Shown piece after piece: positions 19,080-26,753 of a DNA stretch of 29,531 bases; the stretch's first letter is position 1; each line of letters opens with the position of its first letter. Source of the stretch: Candidatus Thorarchaeota archaeon SMTZ1-45 (GTDB taxonomy: Archaea; Asgardarchaeota; Thorarchaeia; Thorarchaeales; Thorarchaeaceae); assembly GCA_001563335.1 (NCBI GenBank), contig LRSL01000057.1:1-29531 (forward strand). Direction: 5' to 3'. Made by a program: the position numbers and the translations under genes. Under the pieces are notes generated by a model, which ran no database searches, had not been told where the DNA came from, and saw nothing but the letters and a program-made list of their open reading frames with translations.

Positions 19080-20707
19080 GCGAGAAAAGTCATCAAACGA
19101 TTGTTGTTGGTGGGGGCATGTCAGGATTGACCGCTGCTGCTTATTTATCAAAAACAGGACATGACGTCCTTTTGCTAGAGAAGAACAAAGGATGCGGCGG
19201 ACTCCTTAACTCATTTCAGCGAGAAGGATTCACATTTGATGCAGGTGCAAGATCAATCCTAAATGCGGGAATAATTCACCCGATGTTAAAAGAACTCGGA
19301 ATTGAGCTTGAATTTCTTGATAGCCCCGTTTCAATAGGAATCGAGAATGATGTTATCAATCTTGATTCGAAAACTAGCTTGGATGACTATAAACGATTGC
19401 TAGAGAAATTGTATCCCGAAAGCATCAACGATATCGACAAGATCATCTCGAAAATTGAGGGAATTATGAAAGACATGGCGATTTTGTACGGTATTGATAA
19501 TCCTAACTTTAGAGATATGAAGAATGACAGAGCTTATCTCAAAGAACTCCTTCCTTGGTTGGGAAAATTCATATTCGCCTTACGTCGAATGAACCGACAG
19601 AACGAACCTGTTGAATCTTTTTTGGAGAAACTGAGTTCAAATCAATCCCTAATCGATATCATTGCCCAGCATTTCTTCAAGAAGACACCGACCTTTTTCG
19701 CCTTGGGTTACTTCTATGCATATACTGATTACATATATCCAAGGGGAGGCACAGGCGAGTTACCAAAGGCAATCATGGAAAAAATCATTGAAAAGGATGG
19801 AAAAATCCAGACAGGTACCAAAATTGTAAAAGTCAATCTTTCTGAAAAAGAAGTGAAGGATAAGGATGGTAACTCGTATTCATTCGATTCTCTCATCTGG
19901 AGCGCGGATTTGAAGACACTATATAGAATATTAGACACCCGTGGTTTGGATGAGAAAATTACTCGAAAAATCTTCGAACAGAAGGAGCTTCTTCTTTCAA
20001 AACATGGTTGCGATTCTGTTTATTCAATGTTCATTGGTGTAGATATGCCCTTGGAAGCTTTTAGCTCTATTTCAAATGGACATTTCTTCTATACACCATC
20101 GAAAAAAGGCTTGGGAGAGTTACATTGGTCGGAACTCGATTCTTTAATCGAGAATTATGAAACTACATCTAGGGAACAAATTCTGCAGTGGTTGAACAAA
20201 TATTGTCAATTAACGACATATGAGATTTCAATTCCTGCTTTTAGAAACCCCGCATTGGCTCCTGAGGGGAAAACGGGTTTGGTAATAAGCATGCTCTTTG
20301 AATACGATTTAATGAAAAAAGTCAAGGATGCCAATTGGTATGAAGAATTCCGTATCGAGATCGAAAACCGCATGTTGGATACCCTCTCGAATTCTATCTA
20401 TCCAGGTTTGAAAGACAAGGTAATCTTTCAATCATCTTCAACCCCACTCAGTATTGAATCGGTAGCAGGAAGTTCAGAAGGGGCGATCGTGGGTTGGTCG
20501 TATAAATCACCCGTTCCCGTTGTAAACAATCTCCGAAAGATTTCTAGCTCAGTGAAGACGTCGATTCCAAATGTATACCAAGCAGGTCAATGGGCCTATA
20601 GTCCAGCGGGAATACCTACTGCAATCCTCACAGGCTGGTACGCTGCCAAAAATGCTATGAAGACCAAAAATGAAAAAAAATTGAAAAGAGAAAAGACGGA
20701 GGTGTGA
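19076..20707 (+). CDS. Phytoene desaturase-like FAD-dependent oxidoreductase
   Basis: IVVGGGMSGLTAA..L...G..V.LLEK....GG, FDAGA, YPRGG, C-terminal IPNVYQAGQW....AG...A..TG. Confidence 0.85.
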   Translation: MSEKSHQTIVVGGGMSGLTAAAYLSKTGHDVLLLEKNKGCGGLLNSFQREGFTFDAGARSILNAGIIHPMLKELGIELEFLDSPVSIGIENDVINLDSKTSLDDYKRLLEKLYPESINDIDKIISKIEGIMKDMAILYGIDNPNFRDMKNDRAYLKELLPWLGKFIFALRRMNRQNEPVESFLEKLSSNQSLIDIIAQHFFKKTPTFFALGYFYAYTDYIYPRGGTGELPKAIMEKIIEKDGKIQTGTKIVKVNLSEKEVKDKDGNSYSFDSLIWSADLKTLYRILDTRGLDEKITRKIFEQKELLLSKHGCDSVYSMFIGVDMPLEAFSSISNGHFFYTPSKKGLGELHWSELDSLIENYETTSREQILQWLNKYCQLTTYEISIPAFRNPALAPEGKTGLVISMLFEYDLMKKVKDANWYEEFRIEIENRMLDTLSNSIYPGLKDKVIFQSSSTPLSIESVAGSSEGAIVGWSYKSPVPVVNNLRKISSSVKTSIPNVYQAGQWAYSPAGIPTAILTGWYAAKNAMKTKNEKKLKREKTEV

Positions 20708-20718
20708 TGATCGCACCT
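20682..20718 (+). repeat. Degenerate direct repeat copy of the vhuU SECIS 3' arm/terminator
   Basis: tgaaaagagaaaagacggaggtgtgatgatcgcacct shares tgaaaagagaaa, ggaggtgyga and cgcacct with the other copies. It supplies the last codons and stop of the desaturase gene. Confidence 0.65.
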
Positions 20719-20864
20719 CATACTCGTGAAAAAATAATCAGAAAAGCAATCAATGCAATAACAACCGACACCATGTAAACCCATTTTGCTTTCCCATTAC
20801 TCTGTTTCTGTGCTCTGGCTGCTGCAGCAGCACCAGCACCAGCAGTACCGCCAATCCAAGCCAT
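20718..20864 (-). CDS. 48-aa small tail-anchored membrane protein (not in ORF track)
   Basis: MAWIGGTAGAGAAAAARAQKQSNGKAKWVYMVSVVIALIAFLIIFSRV*. Strong SD-like GGTGGTGA just upstream of the ATG. Single C-terminal TM helix. Confidence 0.65.
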   Translation of the reverse strand: MAWIGGTAGAGAAAAARAQKQSNGKAKWVYMVSVVIALIAFLIIFSRV

Positions 20865-21011
20865 TCAATATCACCACCTAAGACTTCTGATAATTTACTG
20901 ACCTAAATTGTGGATATTTATACGTGTGATTCTTGATGTTACGAAATTGGTCATGAAGAAGGAGCAAGTCAACAAAGATAGAACATCGAGATTCGTAAAT
21001 GAGCTTTGGAA

Positions 21012-21054
21012 CGAAAAGAGAAAGAATGGAAGGAGGTGCGACCAACGAACCTTT
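21012..21054 (+). repeat. Direct repeat copy of the vhuU SECIS 3' arm/terminator
   Basis: gaaaagagaaagaatggaaggaggtgcgaccaacgaaccttt has about 4 differences from the native copy at 21833-21873. Confidence 0.9.
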
Positions 21055-21066
21055 ACTTGGACAATA

Positions 21067-21621
21067 TTATTCTCGAGTCTTTGAGTCTTTCAAAAACTGT
21101 TCTAGTATGTCTTGTATCTCAAGCATGCTTGAGGTAGAATGGATGTAATCAAGATCAAGGTTTTCATGATTTCTGACGAAAATTCCAAGAGCATCCCTCA
21201 AGTCTTGCTCTCCTTGGAAGAGAATCTTATTTACGAATGTATCTTCAGCAGAACCAATCATGATTGTTGTACCAAACAGGTTTACTGGGATCGCTCTCTC
21301 AAGAGTGAGTCTATCAAATTCAGAATATACTCCTTGAATGTCTAAACGAAGTAGACTATCTCTGAAGAATAATGTACTGTGTGATTTTTCACGAAGGGCA
21401 GTTTGAATATCCTCGACTGAAGCCGCAAATCCTTTTGACTCTAGAAATTCAACAAAGGGGGGTATAGCATCCTCCTCAATCTGAAGTATGAAGTCAATAT
21501 CGACCGTAGTTCGAGGAACACCATGATACATGACGGCGACTCCTCCAACCACTACATAGCTGATTTTATTTTCATCCAAGTAGGAACAGACAAGTTGCAG
21601 AATCTCAGGGAATTCTTCCAT
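21067..21621 (-). CDS. Nucleotidyltransferase-fold protein (DUF6036/AbiEii-like), putative toxin
   Basis: YVVVGGVAVMYHGVPRTTVDIDF Pol-beta-type motif and C-terminal K......QD..D. Confidence 0.8.
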   Translation of the reverse strand: MEEFPEILQLVCSYLDENKISYVVVGGVAVMYHGVPRTTVDIDFILQIEEDAIPPFVEFLESKGFAASVEDIQTALREKSHSTLFFRDSLLRLDIQGVYSEFDRLTLERAIPVNLFGTTIMIGSAEDTFVNKILFQGEQDLRDALGIFVRNHENLDLDYIHSTSSMLEIQDILEQFLKDSKTRE

Positions 21622-21774
21622 CTATCTATCACCAGCTATCCTCAACGCCAATGCTGAGAGTTTTAGTCCCATTGTGAGAGTTTCAAGACCTGTATAGCGT
21701 CTAGCTTCGATAGCAGTTCTCACTTGGTCAAGGTCTCTTCTACGCTTCACTTGTTCAGCAATAGTGTTTGTCAT
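21622..21774 (-). CDS. 50-aa basic protein, putative antitoxin partner (not in ORF track)
   Basis: MTNTIAEQVKRRRDLDQVRTAIEARRYTGLETLTMGLKLSALALRIAGDR*. GAGGAG SD upstream. Its TAG directly abuts the ATG of the nucleotidyltransferase. Confidence 0.65.
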   Translation of the reverse strand: MTNTIAEQVKRRRDLDQVRTAIEARRYTGLETLTMGLKLSALALRIAGDR

Positions 21775-21831
21775 TCTCCTCGCACTACGACTATAACTAT
21801 ACTACTCATATATTCTACTATTCATATTTGG

Positions 21832-21873
21832 TGAAAAGAGAAAGGATGGAAGGAGTGCGACCAGCGCACCTTT
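21832..21873 (-). terminator. Pyrimidine-rich tract ending the hdr/vhu operon; native copy of the ~40-bp repeat
   Basis: Minus strand ...GGTCGCACTCCTTCCATCCTTTCTCTTTTC immediately after the SECIS. U/C-rich tract typical of archaeal terminators. Confidence 0.55.
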
Positions 21874-21934
21874 GCGGGGTGTGTCTGACGCGGCTCGTTT
21901 GTTTGCAGCCGCGCCTTCATCCGCCGCCGGTCAC
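21857..21934 (-). promoter_or_regulatory. Eukaryote-type SECIS element (selenocysteine insertion sequence)
   Basis: AUGAA (21920-21916) / AGAC (21886-21883) GA-quartet core. 9-bp helix GGCGCGGCU/AGCCGCGUC. Apical loop GCAAACAAACG with unpaired AAA. Basal 10-bp helix GUGACCGGCG/CGCUGGUCGC. Confidence 0.85.
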
Positions 21935-22069
21935 TAGCTCCTTCCTGACTAACTCGCGACCCTCATCGTCAACAATGACCAAATGAGCGCCGCATGATAG
22001 TCAGCAGTCGTAACACCGAACCACCATCTCAATGAGGTTCAGTATTCCTTCAGGTATTTCGTCCGTCAT
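21917..22069 (-). CDS. vhuU: [NiFeSe]-hydrogenase small peptide VhuU, selenoprotein (UGA at codon 23, 22001-22003)
   Basis: MTDEIPEGILNLIEMVVRCYDC(U)LSCGAHLVIVDDEGRELVRKELVTGGG*. Equivalent to the L2 motif R.YDP(C/U)xSCxxH that VhuA lacks. GGTG SD, ATG 11 nt after the vhuA stop, downstream SECIS. Confidence 0.92.
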
Positions 22070-22080
22070 GATTTACACCA

Positions 22081-23397
22081 TTATCTTTTTACCATAGGCT
22101 CAGGGAGAGTGAGACCCTCGTGAGCCTTGTCCTCAAATATCTGCTTGGCTGCGACCATGAGGCTCTTCTCGATGCCTGCGATGTTGTTGTTTGTCGCAAC
22201 GACCAGATTTGCTTTAGTAAGCATTCCTTTGTCATCTGACACATAGTTATGCATCAGTATTCCACGGGGAGCCTCAACAATACCCACGCCGTTTCCAGCC
22301 TTAGGTTCAACATCTGAAACCTTCACATCAGTGTCACAAATATCTGGATCATTCAGAAGTTTGGCAATCCATTCGAATGCTTGGACCGTTTCCACGATTC
22401 TCGCATAATGGTATGCAAATGTATGATGCGATGGTCTGCCAACAAGTTCCCGCATCTCTTTTAGCGCCGCGTCAGCTAGTGGAGTAGCCATCCTCTCATT
22501 AACATTACACCTTGCTAAAGTATTGGCTCTCCAGATACCTTCGGGATATCCTGCTGGTTTGTAGTACATGTGAGTTGCGTAGCTGTGCTTTGCTACATGT
22601 TCACCATAGTACTTTCTATAGTCCTTTGGTTCAAAGTCAGCGACGATCTCACCACCAGGCTCTTGAACTCGAACAGTGCCATCATAGATGTCAAGTGTAC
22701 CTTTGTTTGAGAGACCTATGTAGTACGTCGGAGTAACCGCAACCTTCGTAATAACATCCAGATAGTCAGTAACAACCTTCTTCGCAAGGTCCACGGTGTT
22801 CAGAGTCAATTGCTGAATCTCCTCAAGGCGACCTAGAAAGAAGTCACGATCCTCCTCCTTCATAGAAGTGAGCATTCCACCAGGAATTGCAGTGGTGGGG
22901 TGGATTGCTTTTGCACCTACGGTCTTAATCAGTTCTTGACCAAACTCCATCATCTTGATTGCTTGAACAGCTACATCAGGTAGGTCTCGTAAGACAGCAG
23001 CAACATTCCTATCAGCAGGATTCGCAAAAGGTCCATAGACAAAGTCTGGAGCAGCAAGAGCATAGAAGTGGATGACATGTGAGGAGAACTGCTTCGCCTC
23101 AATCATCAGTCTTCGCAGTTTGACTGCTGTCGGAGTTGGAGTCACATCCCATGCAGCCTCCACAGCTTTTACTGAGGCAAGATGGTGTGGAATAGGACAG
23201 ATGCCGCAGATTCTTGGAGCAATCCTTGGAGCTTCCTCCATTGGTCGACCCTCAAGGAACTTCTCAAAGAATCGAGTGGAGTTAACATTGAACTGTACAT
23301 CTTTCACTTTTCCATCTTTTCCAAGTTTCAGTGTTAGAGACCCATGTCCTTCAAGTCGAGTGACTGGATCAATTCTGATTGTCTTACCTTCGGTCAT
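22081..23397 (-). CDS. vhuA: Group 3c [NiFe(Se)]-hydrogenase large subunit, split form lacking the C-terminal L2 motif
   Basis: IDPVTRLEGH, R.FEKFL.GR, L1 motif RICGICP..H, EAPRG.L.H. No DPCxxC at the C-terminus. Confidence 0.92.
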   Translation of the reverse strand: MTEGKTIRIDPVTRLEGHGSLTLKLGKDGKVKDVQFNVNSTRFFEKFLEGRPMEEAPRIAPRICGICPIPHHLASVKAVEAAWDVTPTPTAVKLRRLMIEAKQFSSHVIHFYALAAPDFVYGPFANPADRNVAAVLRDLPDVAVQAIKMMEFGQELIKTVGAKAIHPTTAIPGGMLTSMKEEDRDFFLGRLEEIQQLTLNTVDLAKKVVTDYLDVITKVAVTPTYYIGLSNKGTLDIYDGTVRVQEPGGEIVADFEPKDYRKYYGEHVAKHSYATHMYYKPAGYPEGIWRANTLARCNVNERMATPLADAALKEMRELVGRPSHHTFAYHYARIVETVQAFEWIAKLLNDPDICDTDVKVSDVEPKAGNGVGIVEAPRGILMHNYVSDDKGMLTKANLVVATNNNIAGIEKSLMVAAKQIFEDKAHEGLTLPEPMVKR

Positions 23398-24317
23398 GTT
23401 TTCTTGACCTCCTCGCGCTTGATTCGTATTTTCCCAAGGTAACTTGTAGGATAGTCGAACCTATAGAATGTGCCAAGTGGGTCTTTTACCTGTTCCTTTA
23501 TTTCTTCAGGTGGAAGAGGAGCATATGTGCCAAGCATAGCCATGGAGTTGGCGCCATGATCCTGCATTATTGGAGGAGGTGGTCCAAAACAACCCCTGCA
23601 GGTAGCGCCTTTATTCACACACTGACCTTCACATAATCCCCAGGTTGATGAACCCACACAGATGTATCCCTGCTCGAGGAGACACCTGTCTGGGTCCGCA
23701 ATCCCTTGATACGGGCGGAGAACTTTTTCAATTGGTGTTTCTTTCTTTTCACGGTCGCAATAGTGACATACAGTGTGTGGTGGGAGCTCGATTGGTTCTC
23801 CAGCCAATAGCTTGCTTACAGCTGTGAGAATTAACTTGGATGTGGGTGGACATCCAGGAAGGTAGATATCTATGTCAACATAGCTGTTGTTAGGTTTCAC
23901 AACGGGAGCGATTCCGGGAAGATTTTCGCTTGGAACTTTGCCACCAGACACAGTAAAATTCTCACGAAACTTGACATCATAACACTCCTCTATGTCAGAA
24001 AAGTTTGCTAAGCCCGGAATTCCACCAAAACATGAACAAGAACCGAATGCAATTAAAACTTGACACTTCTCCCTCATTAGTTTGAGGAGATGAATGTCTT
24101 CTTCAGTCCGAGCCATTCCTTCATATAAACCGACAACTATCGACTTATCTTCATAGCTCTCAAGGTGGTGGAGCTTGAAGTCAGCGACTGCTTGCCAATA
24201 TTTAATTTCAAGTGCAGGAAGAACTGTGGCTAAGTTTAGATGGATGTCGACTAGACTTTGGAAACATCCCCAACAAGAGCTTCCTTGGCCCATTGCAATA
24301 GAAACTGGATCCGCCAT
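23394..24317 (-). CDS. vhuG: [NiFe]-hydrogenase small subunit (MvhG/VhuG)
   Basis: SCWGC, FGSCS.FGG, LPGCPP, CHYC, CLLEQG..C.G, C.G.C......CRGCFGP. Confidence 0.9.
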   Translation of the reverse strand: MADPVSIAMGQGSSCWGCFQSLVDIHLNLATVLPALEIKYWQAVADFKLHHLESYEDKSIVVGLYEGMARTEEDIHLLKLMREKCQVLIAFGSCSCFGGIPGLANFSDIEECYDVKFRENFTVSGGKVPSENLPGIAPVVKPNNSYVDIDIYLPGCPPTSKLILTAVSKLLAGEPIELPPHTVCHYCDREKKETPIEKVLRPYQGIADPDRCLLEQGYICVGSSTWGLCEGQCVNKGATCRGCFGPPPPIMQDHGANSMAMLGTYAPLPPEEIKEQVKDPLGTFYRFDYPTSYLGKIRIKREEVKKT

Positions 24318-24319
24318 CT

Positions 24320-24556
24320 TTAGACCTCCTTTAACACAAAGACCATCTCGTGTTCCTCTTCACCTGTTATTTCAACAACGCCCCAACGGAGCATTCCCAT
24401 GAGGTTCCACACAATGAGGTCTTTTTCATAGTTCGTAGTTTTAGCAATCTTCGAGATTGAAGCAGGTCCACCTTTGAGGACTTTTTCAATTGCTGATCGC
24501 TGCTCATGGATATCGCTCTTCTTTTGAGTGAAATAGCTGGAAAATAATCGACTCAT
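24320..24556 (-). CDS. Small winged-helix protein within the mvh operon
   Basis: GPASISKIAKTTNYEKDLIVWNLMGMLRWGVVE wHTH pattern. ATG 24556 overlaps the mvhD stop (ATGA). Confidence 0.7.
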   Translation of the reverse strand: MSRLFSSYFTQKKSDIHEQRSAIEKVLKGGPASISKIAKTTNYEKDLIVWNLMGMLRWGVVEITGEEEHEMVFVLKEV

Positions 24557-24993
24557 TTCCATTCCCTCCCTATAGGACCAAGTTTTCGCACTTGTTCGGT
24601 GAGTGTTTTCACACCATCTGCAAAAATCTGTGCTTCAGAAGCACTTGCCCATTGGAGTCGAACTCGTCGTGGATCAATCCCTGCCTGCTCGATTGCAGTT
24701 TCCATAAGAGCCCACCTTGCACGAGCCTTGAGGTTACCGCTTGTGTAGTGACAGTCTCCTGGATGACAACCTGATACAAGGACTCCGTCAGCTCCCATAT
24801 CAAGTGCTGCCAGAATGAATTCAGGACTTATGCGTCCAGTACAATTTACTCTAAGAATTCTTGCATTAGTTGGGTACTGTATACGGCTTGTACCTGCAAG
24901 ATCAGCTCCTGCATACGAACACCAATTACAACAATAAGCCATTATCTTTGGTTCCCATTCTTCTTGCTTTGTTACAGTTTGAGTTACAGTCAT
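24553..24993 (-). CDS. mvhD: Methyl-viologen-reducing hydrogenase delta subunit
   Basis: YCCNWCSYAGAD, VNCTGR, GADGVLVSGCHPGDCHY, WASASE. All-Cys form. Confidence 0.93.
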   Translation of the reverse strand: MTVTQTVTKQEEWEPKIMAYCCNWCSYAGADLAGTSRIQYPTNARILRVNCTGRISPEFILAALDMGADGVLVSGCHPGDCHYTSGNLKARARWALMETAIEQAGIDPRRVRLQWASASEAQIFADGVKTLTEQVRKLGPIGREWK

Positions 24994-26747
24994 GCTGAAC
25001 CACCTCCTTCAGCTTCAGGTGTAGGACATAGAAATGCCTCCACCATTGTAAGAATTTGATCATCTGTTGAATGATACATCACAATTGCACTACTCGGACA
25101 TGCTGCAGCACATGTTCCACAGCTATGACACTTTGCCTCCGTTACCATAGCAACAGGCGGGTCGTATTCTTCATTCATTGAGATTGCACCATAGGGACAA
25201 GCAGTTAGACAAGTATGGCATGAAGAGCATAATTCTGGGAGAACATGAGCAACTGTTGATTCAATTTCAACTTCGCCTTGTGCCATTAGTCCAACTGCCT
25301 TTGCGGCTGCACCACTGGCATCGATTACAGACTCAGATGCGTTCTTTGCCGCCTGAGCAGCACCAGCAATCATAACACCCGCAGTATGAGTTGTGAGTGG
25401 TGCTAGTTTGATATGTTCAGGATTGAAGAAACCGTCACCACTTCGAGTCAGACTGAACAGATGTGCAGTCTGTTCAACGTCGTCGGGTGGGATCATCGCA
25501 GTAGAGAGAACCACCATGTCCGGTTCAAACTCAAGGGGTTCTCCAGCGAGAACATCAAACCAATTAATCTTAATCTTTCCATTCTTGACAGTGACCTTGG
25601 GTTTGGAGTCTCTTGGAAACTTGCTATAGATGACGTGTTTTTGTCTAGCTAATCGATGAAGTTCCTCATGCCCAGATCCGTATGTTCGAATATCTTGGTA
25701 TAAGACAAGAGCCTCATCCACACGGACTCGAAGGTCAGAGGCTGCTTTTGCAGTAGCAGAACAACAATGTCTTGAACAATGCTCATGACCTTTGACACCA
25801 GGTTCACGGGAACCTACACATCCAATGAACACAAGTTTCTTCACGGGTTTTCCAGTACTTGGAACTAGGAGTATGTCACTAGGTGGTAATTTTTGAAGTT
25901 CTGCCAAGGTAAGAATATCAGGAGACTCTCCATATCCATAATAACCATATGGTTTGAAAGGTTCGAACCCAGTTGTTAATATGACCGTTCCAACTTCCAC
26001 TCTCTCCTCTTGTTCAGTTTCCAAGTTCTTGATTGTAACGCCAAAGTTCCCGATGTAACCTTCAAATGCAGACACCTTGCTATTGAGATGTACCTTGATT
26101 CGTTTGTTTCTCTTAATGGCTTTGACCAAGGGTACGATGACATCAACACCAGATTGATTCGATGGGAAAAGATGAGTCCAATTTACGACATTCCCACCCA
26201 ACTCCGAAGTTTTTTCTACAAGAATGACATTAAATCCACGTTCAGCAATATCTAGCGAAGCTCTCAAACCAGCAATGCCTCCACCAACAACCAAAGTTGA
26301 AGGGAGAACATTTACTTTCTTGACAGGAAGGTGTTCCAATTTTGCAGCTCTTGCCACAGACATTCTCACGAGATCTTTAGCTTTCTCCGTAGCAAGTTCT
26401 GGTTCCCTCATATGACACCAAGATACATGCTCACGAAGATTCACCTGATCAAACAGATACCTATTCACACCAGCTTCTTCTACTACTCGTCTAAATGTAG
26501 GCTCGTGCATCCGAGGAGAGCAACTCGCAACAACTACACGATTGAGATTGCATTCCTCAATCTTCTCTCTTATGAGAACCTGTCCAGCATCTGAACACAT
26601 AAACATCTCATCTGTAGAAAAGACGACTCCTGGTAATTTTAAAGCCATCTCTGCAACTTCTTTAACATCCACAGTACCAGCAATGTTATGCCCACAGTGG
26701 CAAACAAACACGCCGATTCTAGCTTCATTGTTTTTTAACATCTTCAT
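24990..26747 (-). CDS. hdrA: Heterodisulfide reductase subunit A (lacks the inserted ferredoxin domain)
   Basis: RIGVFVCHCG.NIA, ASCSPRMHE, NLREH, VVGGGIAG, CVGSR....CSRHCC, C-terminal 2x CxxCxxCxxxCP. Confidence 0.9.
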   Translation of the reverse strand: MKMLKNNEARIGVFVCHCGHNIAGTVDVKEVAEMALKLPGVVFSTDEMFMCSDAGQVLIREKIEECNLNRVVVASCSPRMHEPTFRRVVEEAGVNRYLFDQVNLREHVSWCHMREPELATEKAKDLVRMSVARAAKLEHLPVKKVNVLPSTLVVGGGIAGLRASLDIAERGFNVILVEKTSELGGNVVNWTHLFPSNQSGVDVIVPLVKAIKRNKRIKVHLNSKVSAFEGYIGNFGVTIKNLETEQEERVEVGTVILTTGFEPFKPYGYYGYGESPDILTLAELQKLPPSDILLVPSTGKPVKKLVFIGCVGSREPGVKGHEHCSRHCCSATAKAASDLRVRVDEALVLYQDIRTYGSGHEELHRLARQKHVIYSKFPRDSKPKVTVKNGKIKINWFDVLAGEPLEFEPDMVVLSTAMIPPDDVEQTAHLFSLTRSGDGFFNPEHIKLAPLTTHTAGVMIAGAAQAAKNASESVIDASGAAAKAVGLMAQGEVEIESTVAHVLPELCSSCHTCLTACPYGAISMNEEYDPPVAMVTEAKCHSCGTCAAACPSSAIVMYHSTDDQILTMVEAFLCPTPEAEGGGSA

Positions 26748-26753
26748 TATCTC

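Noticed and set aside
17541-21873. Repeats as a CRISPR array
   Set aside because: Spacing is 0.3-3.1 kb with whole genes in between, the copies are degenerate, and no cas genes are present.
21818-21919. Read-through of the second vhuU UGA giving a 32-codon extension (RRGCKQ...KYE*)
   Set aside because: This UGA lies inside the SECIS core, too close for recoding. The extension just translates the hairpin and terminator, and 50 aa fits a VhuU precursor.
21768-21986. 72-aa plus-strand ORF in the track
   Set aside because: Antisense to vhuU, its SECIS and the terminator. No recognisable motif; a shadow ORF.
22081-23397. vhuA as a truncated pseudogene
   Set aside because: The missing motif is encoded by the adjacent vhuU, so this is a natural split gene.
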